In this document: positions 29,279-39,706 of the stretch, piece after piece
Layout: each line of letters begins with the position of its first letter
Position numbering within the stretch: the first letter of the stretch is position 1
The notes under the pieces: model-generated
Seen by the model: the letters and a program-made list of their open reading frames with translations, nothing else
Database searches by the model: none
Told to the model about the DNA's origin: nothing
Source of the DNA: Actinomycetota bacterium
GTDB taxonomy: Bacteria > Actinomycetota > Coriobacteriia > Anaerosomatales > UBA912
Direction: 5' to 3'
Assembly (NCBI GenBank): GCA_018334075.1
Contig: JAGXSC010000044.1
Coordinates: forward strand, 53 to 64,052
Length of the DNA: 64,000 nt
Position numbers and translations under genes: made by a program

Positions 29279-29884
29279 GTGACTGATCGTGCCAAAGCGG
29301 CTCGGAAAACGGACAACCCCGGTGAATCGGAGTTGTGGACAGTAGCCAACATCATTACGGTACTTCGTCTGGCCTTGATTCCATTTTGCTTCACTGTACT
29401 GATTCGTGACGACGGCTCTGACATATTGGCGTTTGCGTTATACGCATCCGCGGCGGGCACCGATTGGCTCGACGGGCAGATCGCTCGTCGCACCGGGACG
29501 GTTACTTCTATCGGCAAGATCATCGATCCGCTGGTCGACAGGCTCCTCATAGCCTCCGGTGTCGTTGGTCTATATATGGTTGATCGACTCCCGCTACCTT
29601 TCCTGGCCTTGCTGGTAGCACGTGATGTCTATCTTTTGTATGGAGCGTATCGCCTTGAGCGTCACGGGCTTCGTCTACCTGTGACTCTCCCTGGAAAACT
29701 CACCACTGCCGTTTTGCTTATAGGGCTGTCTTTGATGATCCTCAACTGGCCCTCCGTCTCTATCGGCGCACAAGAGATTCTGGCTGGACTTGTGGTTACT
29801 GCCCTTGGTACGTTACTTTCAATCTCGACTGCGGTTCACTATACGGTTCTGGCCAGGCGGTTACTCAGATCCAGCGAGCAGTGA
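29279..29884 (+). CDS. pgsA: CDP-alcohol phosphatidyltransferase (PgsA-like)
   Basis: DGxxAR...G...D...D motif (DWLDGQIARRTGTVTSIGKIIDPLVDRL). GTG 29279 follows GAGGAG. ORF-track start 29177 overlaps the tRNA. Confidence 0.85.
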   Translation: MTDRAKAARKTDNPGESELWTVANIITVLRLALIPFCFTVLIRDDGSDILAFALYASAAGTDWLDGQIARRTGTVTSIGKIIDPLVDRLLIASGVVGLYMVDRLPLPFLALLVARDVYLLYGAYRLERHGLRLPVTLPGKLTTAVLLIGLSLMILNWPSVSIGAQEILAGLVVTALGTLLSISTAVHYTVLARRLLRSSEQ

Positions 29885-29913
29885 GAGTTCTTTGCTGATC
29901 TTTTAGGTAGGGG

Positions 29914-32430
29914 GTGGTTGAGATTAAGGCAGTTGTTATGGCCGGCGGCGAAGGAACGCGGCTACGTCCGCTAACCAGTTTGCGTCCCAAACCCATGGTT
30001 CCGATTGCAAATCAGCCCATCATGGAGCATATAGTCGGACTGGTTAAGCACCACGGAATCAGCGATGTTGTTGCTACACTGGCGTTCATGCCTCGCTTCA
30101 TTGAGGACTACTTCGGCCAGGGTGAAGAGTGGGGCATGAACATACGCTACGCGTATGAAGAATCGCCGCTAGGAACCGCTGGCTCTGTCAAGAATGCCCA
30201 GGATCTCATTGGTGATGAAACTTTTCTTGTGATATCCGGGGATGCTTTGACAGACATCGACTTGAGTTCTGTGATCCAGTTCCACAAGGAATCTGGCGGG
30301 GTTGTGACAATAGCGCTAAAGAGCGTTCCAAATCCACTTGAATTCGGAGTTGTGATCACCGACGAGGCCGGCAAGATCGAACGTTTTTTAGAGAAACCAA
30401 CCTGGGGCCAGGTCTTCTCGGACACCATCAATACCGGAATATACGTGATAGACCCCGTGGTTTTCGATTACATTCCGCAAGACCAGCCCTTTGACTTCTC
30501 GAGCGAGCTTTTTCCGTTGCTGATGGAGTCGGGCTTTGACCTTTATGGGTATCTGTGCGATGGATACTGGTGCGATGTCGGCAGTCTCGACAGTTATATT
30601 CAGGCGCACCGGGATATACTTGATGGTACCGCCAAGCTCTTCATCCCAGGGGTTCCTGCCAGGGATGGTCTGTGGCTGGGCGAGGGCGCCCGCATCGATC
30701 CTGACGTAGAGATCGGCGAGCACGTCGTTATTGGCCGGAATGTCACCCTGCGCTCTGGTTCTAAGATCGGTGATTACACAGTACTCGCCGATAACTGCGT
30801 CATCGGAAACAATGCCCAGGTTACGCACTCGATCGTCTGGAGTGACACCTTCATCGGTAAGAATACCAGCGTTCGTGGTGCGGTTCTCTGCCGAGGAGTC
30901 GACGTTCGTGGTGGAGCGTCGGTTGAAATGGGGGTTGTTGTCGGGGATGAAGCCATGATTGGCCATGGCGCGCAAGTCAACTCGGGGGTTCAGATATACC
31001 CTTATAAAAACGTTGAGCCAGCCGCTGTGGTCAATAGTTCGATAATTTGGGAAAGTACAGGATCTCGTAGCCTTTTCGGCGAGAGGGGAATTTCCGGTCT
31101 GGTTGGGGTGGATCTGTCGCCTGAGCTGGTTTTGCGCGCGGCCCAGGCATTCGGGTCACTCCTGCCTAAAGGTTCTCATGTGATTGTGAGCAGAGACTCG
31201 AGTCGTTCTTCTCGGATGCTCAAGCGTGCGATTGTTGCAGGACTTAACTCCTCTGGCTGCAACGTGCGGGACTTGCGCGTGGCCTCACCCGCGATGAACC
31301 GACTGACCACTCGGGATACCCGGTGTGTTGGCGGTGTACACGTGTGCCAGTCTCCCAACGACATTCAGGCGGTCGAGGTCCACTTCTTCGACAAGCACGG
31401 ACTGGACATAGCTCCGTGGGAAGAGAAAAAGATCGAGCGCCTGTACTATCGCGGAGAGTTTAGGCGCACCTTTTTCTCGGATGTCGGAGAGATCACATAC
31501 CCTGCACGCACCATTGAGTACTATACGGCCGCGCTCGCCAACTTTGTGTCCGATCAGACTTCGGGCGAGAGCTGGCTGAAGGTAGTTGCCGATCTTTCAA
31601 ATGGCGTGACCTCCGTTGTACTGCCGCATACGGTTGCTGATTGGAAGGTGAACCTGATTACCCTCAATCCGTTTTTGGATGCAGAGCAAACTTCCGTTTC
31701 GCCATCCGATGAGTCAGGTTCATACGAAGAGCTTCTCAATGCCGTAACTCTTCTCAGCGCCGATCTCGGAGTCAAGTTCGATCAATCGGGCGAGCGCTTG
31801 ACGCTTGTGACTCCGTCCGGCCGAGTTCTCGATGGCAATCTGGCGCTCTACGCAGTTGTGGATCTGTGGTGCAGAGCCGATACTACCGGACTGCCAATCG
31901 CCGTACCCCTGGCGGTTTCGAGGATTGTCGAAGAGATCGCTTCAAAAAGTGGACACAAAGTCCTTCGCCCGGGGAGATCAAGACGCTCGATGGCGGATCT
32001 TGCCAGCAAGAAGGAGATAGGATTTGCGGGCGGCCGCACGGGTGGCTTCATATTTGCTGACTTTCTCGCAGGTTACGATGGCGTTGCAAGCGTTGCAGCG
32101 ATCACACGCATGCTTGCAGCCGATGGTCGAAGCCTGGATGAAGTGGTAGAGCAGTTACCGCCGCACTATACTTCGCAGATCGATATCTTCTGTCCTTCGG
32201 GCCGAAAGGGCGCAGTTATGAAGGCGGTAAGCGAGGCGGTCAAGAACTGGACGGCTGATGTTAGTGAGGGAGTGCACTTTGAGCTTGACGGCGGGTGGGT
32301 GATCGTCTTACCGCATGCATCCGAGCCGCTCGTTTCAATTTTTGCAGAAGCAGACAGTGAGAGTAGGCTACAGGCTATCGTAGACACTTATTCCTCTCTG
32401 GTGATGGCTGCAATAAAGTCAGACGGTTAG
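29914..32430 (+). CDS. fusion: sugar-1-phosphate nucleotidyltransferase ([11 protein letters not shown] + left-handed beta-helix) and a phosphomannomutase/phosphoglucomutase-like domain
   Basis: 838 aa. N-terminal [13 protein letters not shown], hexapeptide repeats at about 250-370, and a PGM/PMM-like C-terminal half with altered active-site loops. Confidence 0.85.
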   Translation: MVEIKAVVMAGGEGTRLRPLTSLRPKPMVPIANQPIMEHIVGLVKHHGISDVVATLAFMPRFIEDYFGQGEEWGMNIRYAYEESPLGTAGSVKNAQDLIGDETFLVISGDALTDIDLSSVIQFHKESGGVVTIALKSVPNPLEFGVVITDEAGKIERFLEKPTWGQVFSDTINTGIYVIDPVVFDYIPQDQPFDFSSELFPLLMESGFDLYGYLCDGYWCDVGSLDSYIQAHRDILDGTAKLFIPGVPARDGLWLGEGARIDPDVEIGEHVVIGRNVTLRSGSKIGDYTVLADNCVIGNNAQVTHSIVWSDTFIGKNTSVRGAVLCRGVDVRGGASVEMGVVVGDEAMIGHGAQVNSGVQIYPYKNVEPAAVVNSSIIWESTGSRSLFGERGISGLVGVDLSPELVLRAAQAFGSLLPKGSHVIVSRDSSRSSRMLKRAIVAGLNSSGCNVRDLRVASPAMNRLTTRDTRCVGGVHVCQSPNDIQAVEVHFFDKHGLDIAPWEEKKIERLYYRGEFRRTFFSDVGEITYPARTIEYYTAALANFVSDQTSGESWLKVVADLSNGVTSVVLPHTVADWKVNLITLNPFLDAEQTSVSPSDESGSYEELLNAVTLLSADLGVKFDQSGERLTLVTPSGRVLDGNLALYAVVDLWCRADTTGLPIAVPLAVSRIVEEIASKSGHKVLRPGRSRRSMADLASKKEIGFAGGRTGGFIFADFLAGYDGVASVAAITRMLAADGRSLDEVVEQLPPHYTSQIDIFCPSGRKGAVMKAVSEAVKNWTADVSEGVHFELDGGWVIVLPHASEPLVSIFAEADSESRLQAIVDTYSSLVMAAIKSDG

Positions 32431-32502
32431 CGGTTTAGCGACACAATTTCGACGAAACGGATTTCAATAACCTTGATCAAAATATACGACAAGTTGAGAG
32501 CT

Positions 32503-34302
32503 ATGCCCGTATGGAAGCGCGTTGCTCTGGGTCTGTTCGCGGCGACAATGGTTTTCGCGGTTATCGGTATAGCTGCGGACGCAGTCGCGAGTCACGATCG
32601 AATACACCCGGGCGTTAGCGTTTCTGGCATCAAGGTAGGAGGACTCACCCCCCAGGCCGCCCTAGGCCACATAAACGACAGCTTTGCCGAGCTCTCCTCC
32701 GAGCCTGTCATCGTTGCTTACCAGGAGCATAACTGGGAGATTTCCGCCGATGAGCTCGGAGTGGACATAGATGAGGAAAGATCAGTCGCCAGGGCGTATT
32801 CCGTTGGAAGAGACGGGGATATAACCGATATCGTGGGACAGCGTTTGAGCAGCTGGTTCGGCGGATTAGATGTGAGGGCCGAGCTAACACTGGATGAATC
32901 TCTTGCGGCATCGGCATTGGCGCCGGTATTTGAGATCGCTGAAGTTCCTCCTGTCAACGCCTCCATTTCGATAGTCGACAATGTGCCATCTATCGCGCCG
33001 GCGATATCAGGTGTCGGGGTCGATAGGGATGAGTTTACCCTTCGGCTGCTGGATGCCTATGTCTCACCGGATACCACGGTTGCCGTGCCAGTTCACGACG
33101 TGGAGGCAGATATTCTCGCCGAGGATGCGGTTGAGGCGCTAAGTGACACCAAAGCGATGCTCTCTGGAGATGTCTCGATCTTCTTTGGCGACAAATCCTG
33201 GACGTTTACTCCGGATCAGATTTCAGCGTGGATTGCATTCAGAAGCTCATCTGCTTCTCCCTCGGCCCCTGCAACTCTTGCTGCCGATCCCCCTCCCAGC
33301 GGGCAGGTCCTTGAGGCATATATATCCCCCGAAAAGGCATCGAAGGATGTCATGCCCAAAATTGCTGTTACTGGCAGACCTGCAAAAAACGCTTCGTTCC
33401 AGGTGACAAGCGGGAGCATTCGAATAGTTCCTTCCGAGGATGGCGCCGGTCCGGACATGGACTCGATGACTCGCGAGATGACTCGCGCGCTTGCCGAAGG
33501 TACCACCCGGACTGTCGAGATTCGAATGACGCGAGTTGAGCCTGAAATAACCACCCAAGAGGCCGAAGGGATGGGTATAAAGGAGGAGATCGCGACGTTC
33601 ACCACACGGTTTGACCGGAGCAATCGCCCCCGTGTGAACAACATTCATACGATCGCCAATGCTGTTGACGGTGCATTGATGGCCCCAGGCGCCGTATTTT
33701 CCCTAAATGAGCGAGTTGGTCGGCGAACTGCGGAGCGGGGCTATCAGGAGGCGCCCGCAATTGTCAACGGACGACTGGTGCCTAGTCTCGGCGGAGGGAT
33801 ATGTCAATTTGGAACAACTCTGTTCAACACGGTATTCGAGTCAGGGTTGACTGTCGTTGAGAGGAGGAATCACTCGTTGTTCATTTCGGCATACCCTAAA
33901 GGCAGGGATGCTACTTTGGCGTGGGGTGGACCCGACCTGAGATTCAAAAATGATACCCCGAACTGGATATTGATCGACACGTCCTATACGTCCTCTTCTG
34001 TGACTGTGACGTTTTACGGTACCGATCCAGGTTATACCGTGACCAGTGACACCGGACCCTGGACCAACGTCGTGCCTTATCCCACGCGCGAAGTCACAGA
34101 CTCCACTTTACCGCTTGCTGCTCGTCGGATAGAGCAGCAGGGAGCCAACGGTGGAGCGGTTGTTGTGAGGCGTTACGTTCGAAAAGATGGTCAAGTGATC
34201 CGCGAGGATTCGTTTAGGTCCGTGTATCGCCCCAAAGAGGAGATAGTGCGCGTCGGAACCAGGCCGCCCGCCTCTGTGATAGCGACTCCACCCGTACCGT
34301 GA
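32503..34302 (+). CDS. VanW family protein with N-terminal membrane anchor
   Basis: TM helix (VALGLFAATMVFAVIGIAA) and a VanW core (GGGICQFGTTLFN, RNHSLFISAYPKGRDATL). The start is uncertain (TTG 32473 or ATG 32503). Confidence 0.8.
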   Translation: MPVWKRVALGLFAATMVFAVIGIAADAVASHDRIHPGVSVSGIKVGGLTPQAALGHINDSFAELSSEPVIVAYQEHNWEISADELGVDIDEERSVARAYSVGRDGDITDIVGQRLSSWFGGLDVRAELTLDESLAASALAPVFEIAEVPPVNASISIVDNVPSIAPAISGVGVDRDEFTLRLLDAYVSPDTTVAVPVHDVEADILAEDAVEALSDTKAMLSGDVSIFFGDKSWTFTPDQISAWIAFRSSSASPSAPATLAADPPPSGQVLEAYISPEKASKDVMPKIAVTGRPAKNASFQVTSGSIRIVPSEDGAGPDMDSMTREMTRALAEGTTRTVEIRMTRVEPEITTQEAEGMGIKEEIATFTTRFDRSNRPRVNNIHTIANAVDGALMAPGAVFSLNERVGRRTAERGYQEAPAIVNGRLVPSLGGGICQFGTTLFNTVFESGLTVVERRNHSLFISAYPKGRDATLAWGGPDLRFKNDTPNWILIDTSYTSSSVTVTFYGTDPGYTVTSDTGPWTNVVPYPTREVTDSTLPLAARRIEQQGANGGAVVVRRYVRKDGQVIREDSFRSVYRPKEEIVRVGTRPPASVIATPPVP

Positions 34303-34320
34303 TTTTCCTCGCGGCCCCGA

Positions 34321-35124
34321 TCATTGTTTTTTGAAAATGGATAATGGGTCGGTCCCTAAGCCCTTTACGAAATCTTCTATCTCATCAAGCTGGGCTGGAG
34401 CCGACATCACAGTAATTGGCGTCTGCCCTTTTGTGTCACCTAGAAGGTCTTTTATTCCGTCTTCGATTCGACCCGCAATGCACTTCGCGCCCTCAAAGGT
34501 CGTATGAGGAAGGATTAGGACGAATATACCGTCATCGGTTCGCCCAACCTTGTCAACCACCCGAACATCCTTACGAAGATACTCGCCAATAAGCCGGATT
34601 CTGTCATTGGCCAATGCTGTCGTTGACCCACCGACGCCCCTGGTAGCCGGATCGATCAATATGAGAGAGAAGGTTGTATCGTAACGGCTTGTCTCGCTAA
34701 TAGCCGCATTGATTTCGTATGACAGGAAGCGCTGATTGTACGTCCGGCTGATGGGATCGATTCCCTCAGGTGTCTTCGCCCTTTGGTTGCGTGTGCGTAT
34801 TCTGTCGCATATCTCCCCACCGGCCACACCCACCAGGCTGTAGCCCGCAAACCTCACTGCTATCATCTGGAGGATGGCAGGATTGGAGATATCTGCGGAC
34901 TGCGAAAGATGCAGCAACACATAGATTACGGATGCGAGCAAGGAGGCTATGAATCCGGTGTTCCTCCCGCCATAGACAGCTGCAACGAGCACTACAAGAA
35001 GGAATGCCTGGGCGATCAACTCCTTTAGCAAAGGAGGACCGGGATAAAATAGAACACTTACCGCAAGAACCAATGCCCCCAACCCGACGATCATCGCCTC
35101 AAAGCTCGGGTTTCTCATGGACAT
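34321..35124 (-). CDS. membrane protein with degenerate GGDEF domain (A-site DDGIF, I-site RVVD retained)
   Basis: About four N-terminal TM helices. The GGDEF-like domain DPISRTYNQRF...RVVDKVGRTDDGIFVLILP aligns to PleD RAIDLPCRYGGEEF. Confidence 0.75.
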   Translation of the reverse strand: MSMRNPSFEAMIVGLGALVLAVSVLFYPGPPLLKELIAQAFLLVVLVAAVYGGRNTGFIASLLASVIYVLLHLSQSADISNPAILQMIAVRFAGYSLVGVAGGEICDRIRTRNQRAKTPEGIDPISRTYNQRFLSYEINAAISETSRYDTTFSLILIDPATRGVGGSTTALANDRIRLIGEYLRKDVRVVDKVGRTDDGIFVLILPHTTFEGAKCIAGRIEDGIKDLLGDTKGQTPITVMSAPAQLDEIEDFVKGLGTDPLSIFKKQ

Positions 35125-35148
35125 GCCTTTCCTGGAGTCGTCAGATAA

Positions 35149-35481
35149 CTATTCGGCATGGTACGCGCATTCTATCTGTCCGGTCGTTGCGTTGTAGGAG
35201 AGCGAAACAGTCGGAGCGGCTGGACACCTAAAGGCCGAAACGGGATTTTCAATGTAGGGCTCCAGGTCGGTGATGTCGTCGATGGCGCGGCCGCTATTGT
35301 CCGCACGGTAAAGTTGTACAGCTCCATCTAGTGTGCGGCGATTGGATTCACAGGCCACACTATGGGCTCTTGATGTGGTAAAAGTGTACGATGCAACAGC
35401 GATGGAAACTAATATGCCGATGATGGCGACTACACCGGCCAGTTCTGCTAGAGAGAAACCGGATTCGCCCCGTAGATTCAT
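35149..35481 (-). CDS. type IV pilin-like / pseudopilin protein (prepilin-type N-terminal cleavage signal)
   Basis: MNLRGESG|FSLAELAGVVAIIGILVSIAV is a class III signal with Gly-1, Phe+1 and Glu+5. ATG 35481 is preferred over ORF-track start 35511. Confidence 0.8.
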   Translation of the reverse strand: MNLRGESGFSLAELAGVVAIIGILVSIAVASYTFTTSRAHSVACESNRRTLDGAVQLYRADNSGRAIDDITDLEPYIENPVSAFRCPAAPTVSLSYNATTGQIECAYHAE

Positions 35482-35537
35482 TATGTTGTTTCCCGGCTCA
35501 ATGGACTCCAATTATGCAGCAAACTGAAGAACAACAC

Positions 35538-36749
35538 ATGACCGAGGCCATTATACGTGTTGGCGCCCTCTGCATCCTAGTTTTTTTAATGGTAGCGTCC
35601 GGAGCCTCCTTTGTCCTTGCGCTCGATCGCATCGGGGGGCAGCCACTAGGCTCTACTCCCGCGACTCTTTTTCCGGAAACAACGATGAGATCCGGGGTTC
35701 TTGTGACCTCGGATGGAAGAGAGCTGTGGTCGCGCGATCCTGCCGAAAGGCGGGCGATGGCTAGTACCACAAAGATTATGACGGCGTTGGTAGCGATGGA
35801 AAATACAGCGCCGGAAGAGATTGTTACAGTGACATCTCGGCATATGTCTGTTGGTGGGTCGAACGCGAACTTACGTCCAGGCGAACAACTTACCGTCAGT
35901 GACGCCATCGAGGCGATCCTGCTGGTCTCGGCAAATGAGGTCGCAATAGCCTTGGCAGAGCATGTTTCGGGTTCTCAATCAGGCTTTGTCGAGAAGATGA
36001 ACTCCAGGGCACAACAGCTTGGAATGCTCGATACTCGTTTTGAGAATGCGCATGGCCTGGACACGCCCGGCCACTATTCTTCGGCAAGGGATCTCGCATT
36101 GTTGGCGCGCTACGCTATGACAGTTGATGAGTTCCGCGCGGTTGCAATAATGGATTCCTTCGATCCCGATGGCCCTGGCGAGAGAGAATCTGCACCTAAC
36201 ACAAATCTGCTTGTCGGTGAGTTTGAGGGCGCGACCGGGGTCAAGACGGGATGGACTTCGAGAGCGGGACACAGCCTGATCGCTTCGTCAAAGAGGGGTG
36301 ACGTTGAGCTCTTCGCTGTAGTTCTCGGCAGTCCGGATGAGAATGCGCGCTTTGATGACGCGGCCAAACTGCTCCAGTGGGGGCATGAGAATTTTGTCGT
36401 GAGGCGATTGGTGAACAAGGGGAGTACCTTTGGGCAGGTGCCGGTTTCACAATACCTGGATCGTTCGACTTCTGCGGTAGCTGCGACAAGCCTTGAGGTA
36501 CCGGTTTTTTCTGCAGACGGAGAGGTTACATTCGATATCATTTTGTACCCGGAGATTTCGGCTCCCGTTACCATCGACACAAGGCTCGGGACGCTGACTG
36601 TCACGCAAGGGGAGCGGCTTCTTGGCCGGATACCGCTGGTTGCCACGGAGGATGTTCCCGCCCCTGGTTTTTTCGAGAGCGCATGGATCGCCCTGCAGCG
36701 TCTCGTTGATTCTGTATTTGGCCGAGAGAGGACGATTACCGTTGAGTGA
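35538..36749 (+). CDS. D-alanyl-D-alanine carboxypeptidase (peptidase S11)
   Basis: SxxK (ASTTKIM), SxN (VSANE) and KTG (VKTGWT) motifs, plus an N-terminal signal/anchor. Confidence 0.88.
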   Translation: MTEAIIRVGALCILVFLMVASGASFVLALDRIGGQPLGSTPATLFPETTMRSGVLVTSDGRELWSRDPAERRAMASTTKIMTALVAMENTAPEEIVTVTSRHMSVGGSNANLRPGEQLTVSDAIEAILLVSANEVAIALAEHVSGSQSGFVEKMNSRAQQLGMLDTRFENAHGLDTPGHYSSARDLALLARYAMTVDEFRAVAIMDSFDPDGPGERESAPNTNLLVGEFEGATGVKTGWTSRAGHSLIASSKRGDVELFAVVLGSPDENARFDDAAKLLQWGHENFVVRRLVNKGSTFGQVPVSQYLDRSTSAVAATSLEVPVFSADGEVTFDIILYPEISAPVTIDTRLGTLTVTQGERLLGRIPLVATEDVPAPGFFESAWIALQRLVDSVFGRERTITVE

Positions 36750-36756
36750 GTTACCT

Positions 36757-37908
36757 TTGAGAACACCCTTGTTCGAGGAGCACCTAGCACTCGGGGCTCG
36801 CATGACCGAATATGCCGGTTGGGCGTTGCCCTTACAGTACTCTGGTATCAAGGACGAACATATCGCAGTGCGCAGTTCGGCGGGAATTTTTGATGTCGGC
36901 CATATGGCGCAGCTAAGGGTATTCGGCCTCGGCGCCCAAGCTCGCCTGCAGAGCTTTTTCACTAACGATCTATCAAGATTGGACACGATAGGTGAAGCGC
37001 AATATACGCTGATCTGTGATGATGACGGCGGAATCATTGAGGACTTGATCGTATATCGCACCGGTGATTTCGAGTACCTTCTGATGGTAAACGCCGGCAA
37101 CAGGCACCTGGTTTTTGATTGGATGAACGAGCACCTTTCTGTCGAATCGCAGTTGCCACTGCCCGCTGATCACCCCGCGGACTTGAGCTCGATGGACCCA
37201 AACTTCATTGAAGTTGTGGATGAGTCAGACAGAACGTCAATGATCGCGCTGCAGGGCCCGGCATCTTTAGGAATTATCCGTCAGCTATTGCCTGTTGAGA
37301 CTGAGATTCCCAAACGATTTACCGTTATCCAAACCAGAGTGGACACCATCCCTGTTTTACTTGCTCGCACCGGATATACAGGCGAGGACGGCTTTGAGAT
37401 CCTCTGTCATGTGTCGCATGCGGTTTCGTTGTGGCGAGTACTGCTTTCGTTTCCTGAGATCACCCCTTGCGGTATCGGCGCGAGAGATACCTTGCGGCTT
37501 GAGATGGGTTACCATCTGTATGGAAATGAGCTGGATAGGGGAGTTGATCCACTCTCGGCGGGTCTGATGCGATTTGTGGCTCTGGAAAAAGGCGAGTTTA
37601 TCGGAAGGTCTTCTATTGAGCACATGCGGCAAAATGGAACGCCATCGTTACTGGCAGGTTTACGCGTGACGGGGGTTATTCCTCGCCGAGGAATGGCTAT
37701 AATGCATGAAGGAGCCGAAGTCGGTAGGGTAGCTAGCGGCACCTACTCTCCAACGCTGGCAACGGGCATCGCGACCGCTTATCTACCTTCCGGCCTCACC
37801 GCCGTTGGCACAAAGCTGGATCTCGTTGCCAGAAGCAGGAGCTTTCAAGTGGAGGTTGTACAGATGCCGTTCGTCAAGAGCACTTCCTTGACGCCGCAAA
37901 AGACCTGA
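36757..37908 (+). CDS. gcvT: glycine cleavage system aminomethyltransferase T
   Basis: RTPLFEEHLALGARMTEYAGW N-terminus. TTG 36757 or 36742 are candidate starts; ORF-track start 36622 overlaps dac. Confidence 0.9.
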   Translation: MRTPLFEEHLALGARMTEYAGWALPLQYSGIKDEHIAVRSSAGIFDVGHMAQLRVFGLGAQARLQSFFTNDLSRLDTIGEAQYTLICDDDGGIIEDLIVYRTGDFEYLLMVNAGNRHLVFDWMNEHLSVESQLPLPADHPADLSSMDPNFIEVVDESDRTSMIALQGPASLGIIRQLLPVETEIPKRFTVIQTRVDTIPVLLARTGYTGEDGFEILCHVSHAVSLWRVLLSFPEITPCGIGARDTLRLEMGYHLYGNELDRGVDPLSAGLMRFVALEKGEFIGRSSIEHMRQNGTPSLLAGLRVTGVIPRRGMAIMHEGAEVGRVASGTYSPTLATGIATAYLPSGLTAVGTKLDLVARSRSFQVEVVQMPFVKSTSLTPQKT

Positions 37909-37919
37909 GAGGAGTTTTC

Positions 37920-38306
37920 GTGCATCCAGAGGATCTGTTGTACTCAGAGGAACACGAGTGGGTCAGGGTTGAAGGCGAAGTGGCGGTGATAGGAATCACC
38001 TACTTTGCGCAAAGCCAGTTGGGCGAGGTTGTATATGTTGACCTTCCGAGCCAGGATACCGTGGTTGCAGTAAGCGATGTCTTTGGTGAAGTAGAGTCGG
38101 TCAAATCCGTCTCTGAGCTGTTCTCGCCTGTTTCCGGAACTGTCATAGAGGTGAATAGCACCTTGCAAGATGAGCCGGAGATCATCAACGTCGATCCCTA
38201 TGATGGCGGTTGGCTTGTAAAGGTAGCACTCTCGGACTCATCTGAGCTGGATGGCCTGATGTCTGCGGAGGCTTACAATCTGTTCATCAAGCAAGACTTG
38301 GCCTGA
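37920..38306 (+). CDS. gcvH: glycine cleavage system H protein
   Basis: 128 aa with the lipoyl-lysine motif VESVKSVSE. Confidence 0.93.
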   Translation: MHPEDLLYSEEHEWVRVEGEVAVIGITYFAQSQLGEVVYVDLPSQDTVVAVSDVFGEVESVKSVSELFSPVSGTVIEVNSTLQDEPEIINVDPYDGGWLVKVALSDSSELDGLMSAEAYNLFIKQDLA

Positions 38307-38317
38307 ACCGGATCGAG

Positions 38318-39706
38318 ATGCGATATATATCGATCACTCCTCGGCAACGCCAGCAGATGCTCTCTGCATTGAGGCTTCAAAGTGTCGAGGACTTGTTCGA
38401 GGATATTCCCGATGAAGTCAGATTGAAGCGGCCGCTGAACCTGCCCGAAGGCATCTTTGAAGCTGAGCTTTCAGCCCACGTTTACGATCTTTCGAAAAAG
38501 AATCGCTCAACAAATGATCTTGTTTCGTTTGCCGGAGCGGGTTGCTACGATCACTATGTGCCAAGCGTCGTCGACCACGTGATTCGGAAACCTGAATTTT
38601 TCACCGCATACACTCCTTATCAGCCAGAGGTAAGTCAAGGCACACTACAGGCGTTATATGAGTACCAGTCGATGATCTGCTCTCTGACTGGAATGGAGAT
38701 CGCCAACGCAAGCATGTACGACGGGGCGACGGCTTTTGTTGAGGCGGCGTTCATGGCGTGTCGTATCACAAGACGCAAGACGGTTCTTTGTGCCTCAAAC
38801 ACTCACCCTGAGTGGCGCTCTACCCTGTTGACGTATGCCCACGCCGGAGTATTTGATGTAGTGGACATACCCGTCGAGCCTTGTACCGGTCGAATTGAAC
38901 GGGAATCCCTGGCAGCTACCTTGTCGACCGTTGACTGCTCTGACGTAGCCGCGGTGATGCTTCAGAGTCCAAATTTCTTCGGTGTTCTTGAGGACATCGA
39001 AGCGGCATCAGCTTTCGCTCATGGAGCCGGTGCGCTCCTGGTCGTGGCGTCTAATCCGATTCTTTTGGGATTGATGGAGCCACCGTCAAGGTTTGGAGCG
39101 GATATTGTGGTCGGGGAGGGTCAGCCATTGGGCAGTCCGATCTCATTTGGCGGCCCGGGCTTTGGATTCTTCGCTTGTCGCAGCAACTATGTAAGGCAGG
39201 TTCCTGGAAGAATAGTGGGCAGATCGATTGACGCCGATGGTTCCGATGCATTTGTGTTGACATTTTCGACCAGAGAGCAACATATTCGACGCGAAAAAGC
39301 CACAAGCAATATCTGCAGCAATCATTCGCTGAACGCAGTGGCCGCGGGGGTATATTTAGCTTCCATGGGTGGCACTGGGCTTCGTGCGGTTGCTCAAGCT
39401 TGCGTTTTGAACGCGCATCAACTGCGGAGTATGCTTCTCGATACCGGGAAGTTCGAGGCTCTTTGGGATACCCCCTCTGGTTACGAGTTTGCGCTCAGGT
39501 ACTCTGCTGGAAGCGCGGATACCATGATCTCGGCGATGCTGGATCGCGGATTTTTGGCTGGTGTTGGCTGCCGAGCACTTCTCCAGTCGGAGAGGCACGC
39601 ACCAAATCTTCCCCTAGATCTCGACGATGTGGTGATCTTTGCGGTCACCGAAAAGCGCACCTCGCAGCAGATTATCGATTTTGTCGAGGCGGTGAATGCT
39701 CTGTGA
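38318..39706 (+). CDS. gcvPA: glycine dehydrogenase (decarboxylating) subunit 1
   Basis: 462 aa, P-protein alpha family (TPYQPEVSQGTLQALYEYQ). Confidence 0.92.
   Translation: MRYISITPRQRQQMLSALRLQSVEDLFEDIPDEVRLKRPLNLPEGIFEAELSAHVYDLSKKNRSTNDLVSFAGAGCYDHYVPSVVDHVIRKPEFFTAYTPYQPEVSQGTLQALYEYQSMICSLTGMEIANASMYDGATAFVEAAFMACRITRRKTVLCASNTHPEWRSTLLTYAHAGVFDVVDIPVEPCTGRIERESLAATLSTVDCSDVAAVMLQSPNFFGVLEDIEAASAFAHGAGALLVVASNPILLGLMEPPSRFGADIVVGEGQPLGSPISFGGPGFGFFACRSNYVRQVPGRIVGRSIDADGSDAFVLTFSTREQHIRREKATSNICSNHSLNAVAAGVYLASMGGTGLRAVAQACVLNAHQLRSMLLDTGKFEALWDTPSGYEFALRYSAGSADTMISAMLDRGFLAGVGCRALLQSERHAPNLPLDLDDVVIFAVTEKRTSQQIIDFVEAVNAL

Noticed and set aside
36110-37100. Long antisense ORFs (226 aa and 217 aa on the minus strand) overlapping dac and gcvT. 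Similar cases are 30388-30975, 40977-41504, 55420-56019, 54240-54722 and 58704-59195.
   Set aside because: Each lies opposite a gene with strong family motifs. Their products are Arg/Ser/Pro-rich and low-complexity. This is typical of shadow ORFs in moderately GC-rich DNA.
39400-39705. A 102-codon upstream extension of gcvPB. Similar extensions occur for scpA (9971-10081), aroA (15209-15319), gcvT (36622-36756) and the DHH fusion (5633-5695).
   Set aside because: The extensions overlap the preceding well-supported genes and look non-protein-like. Internal starts coincide with stop/start overlaps or RBSs.
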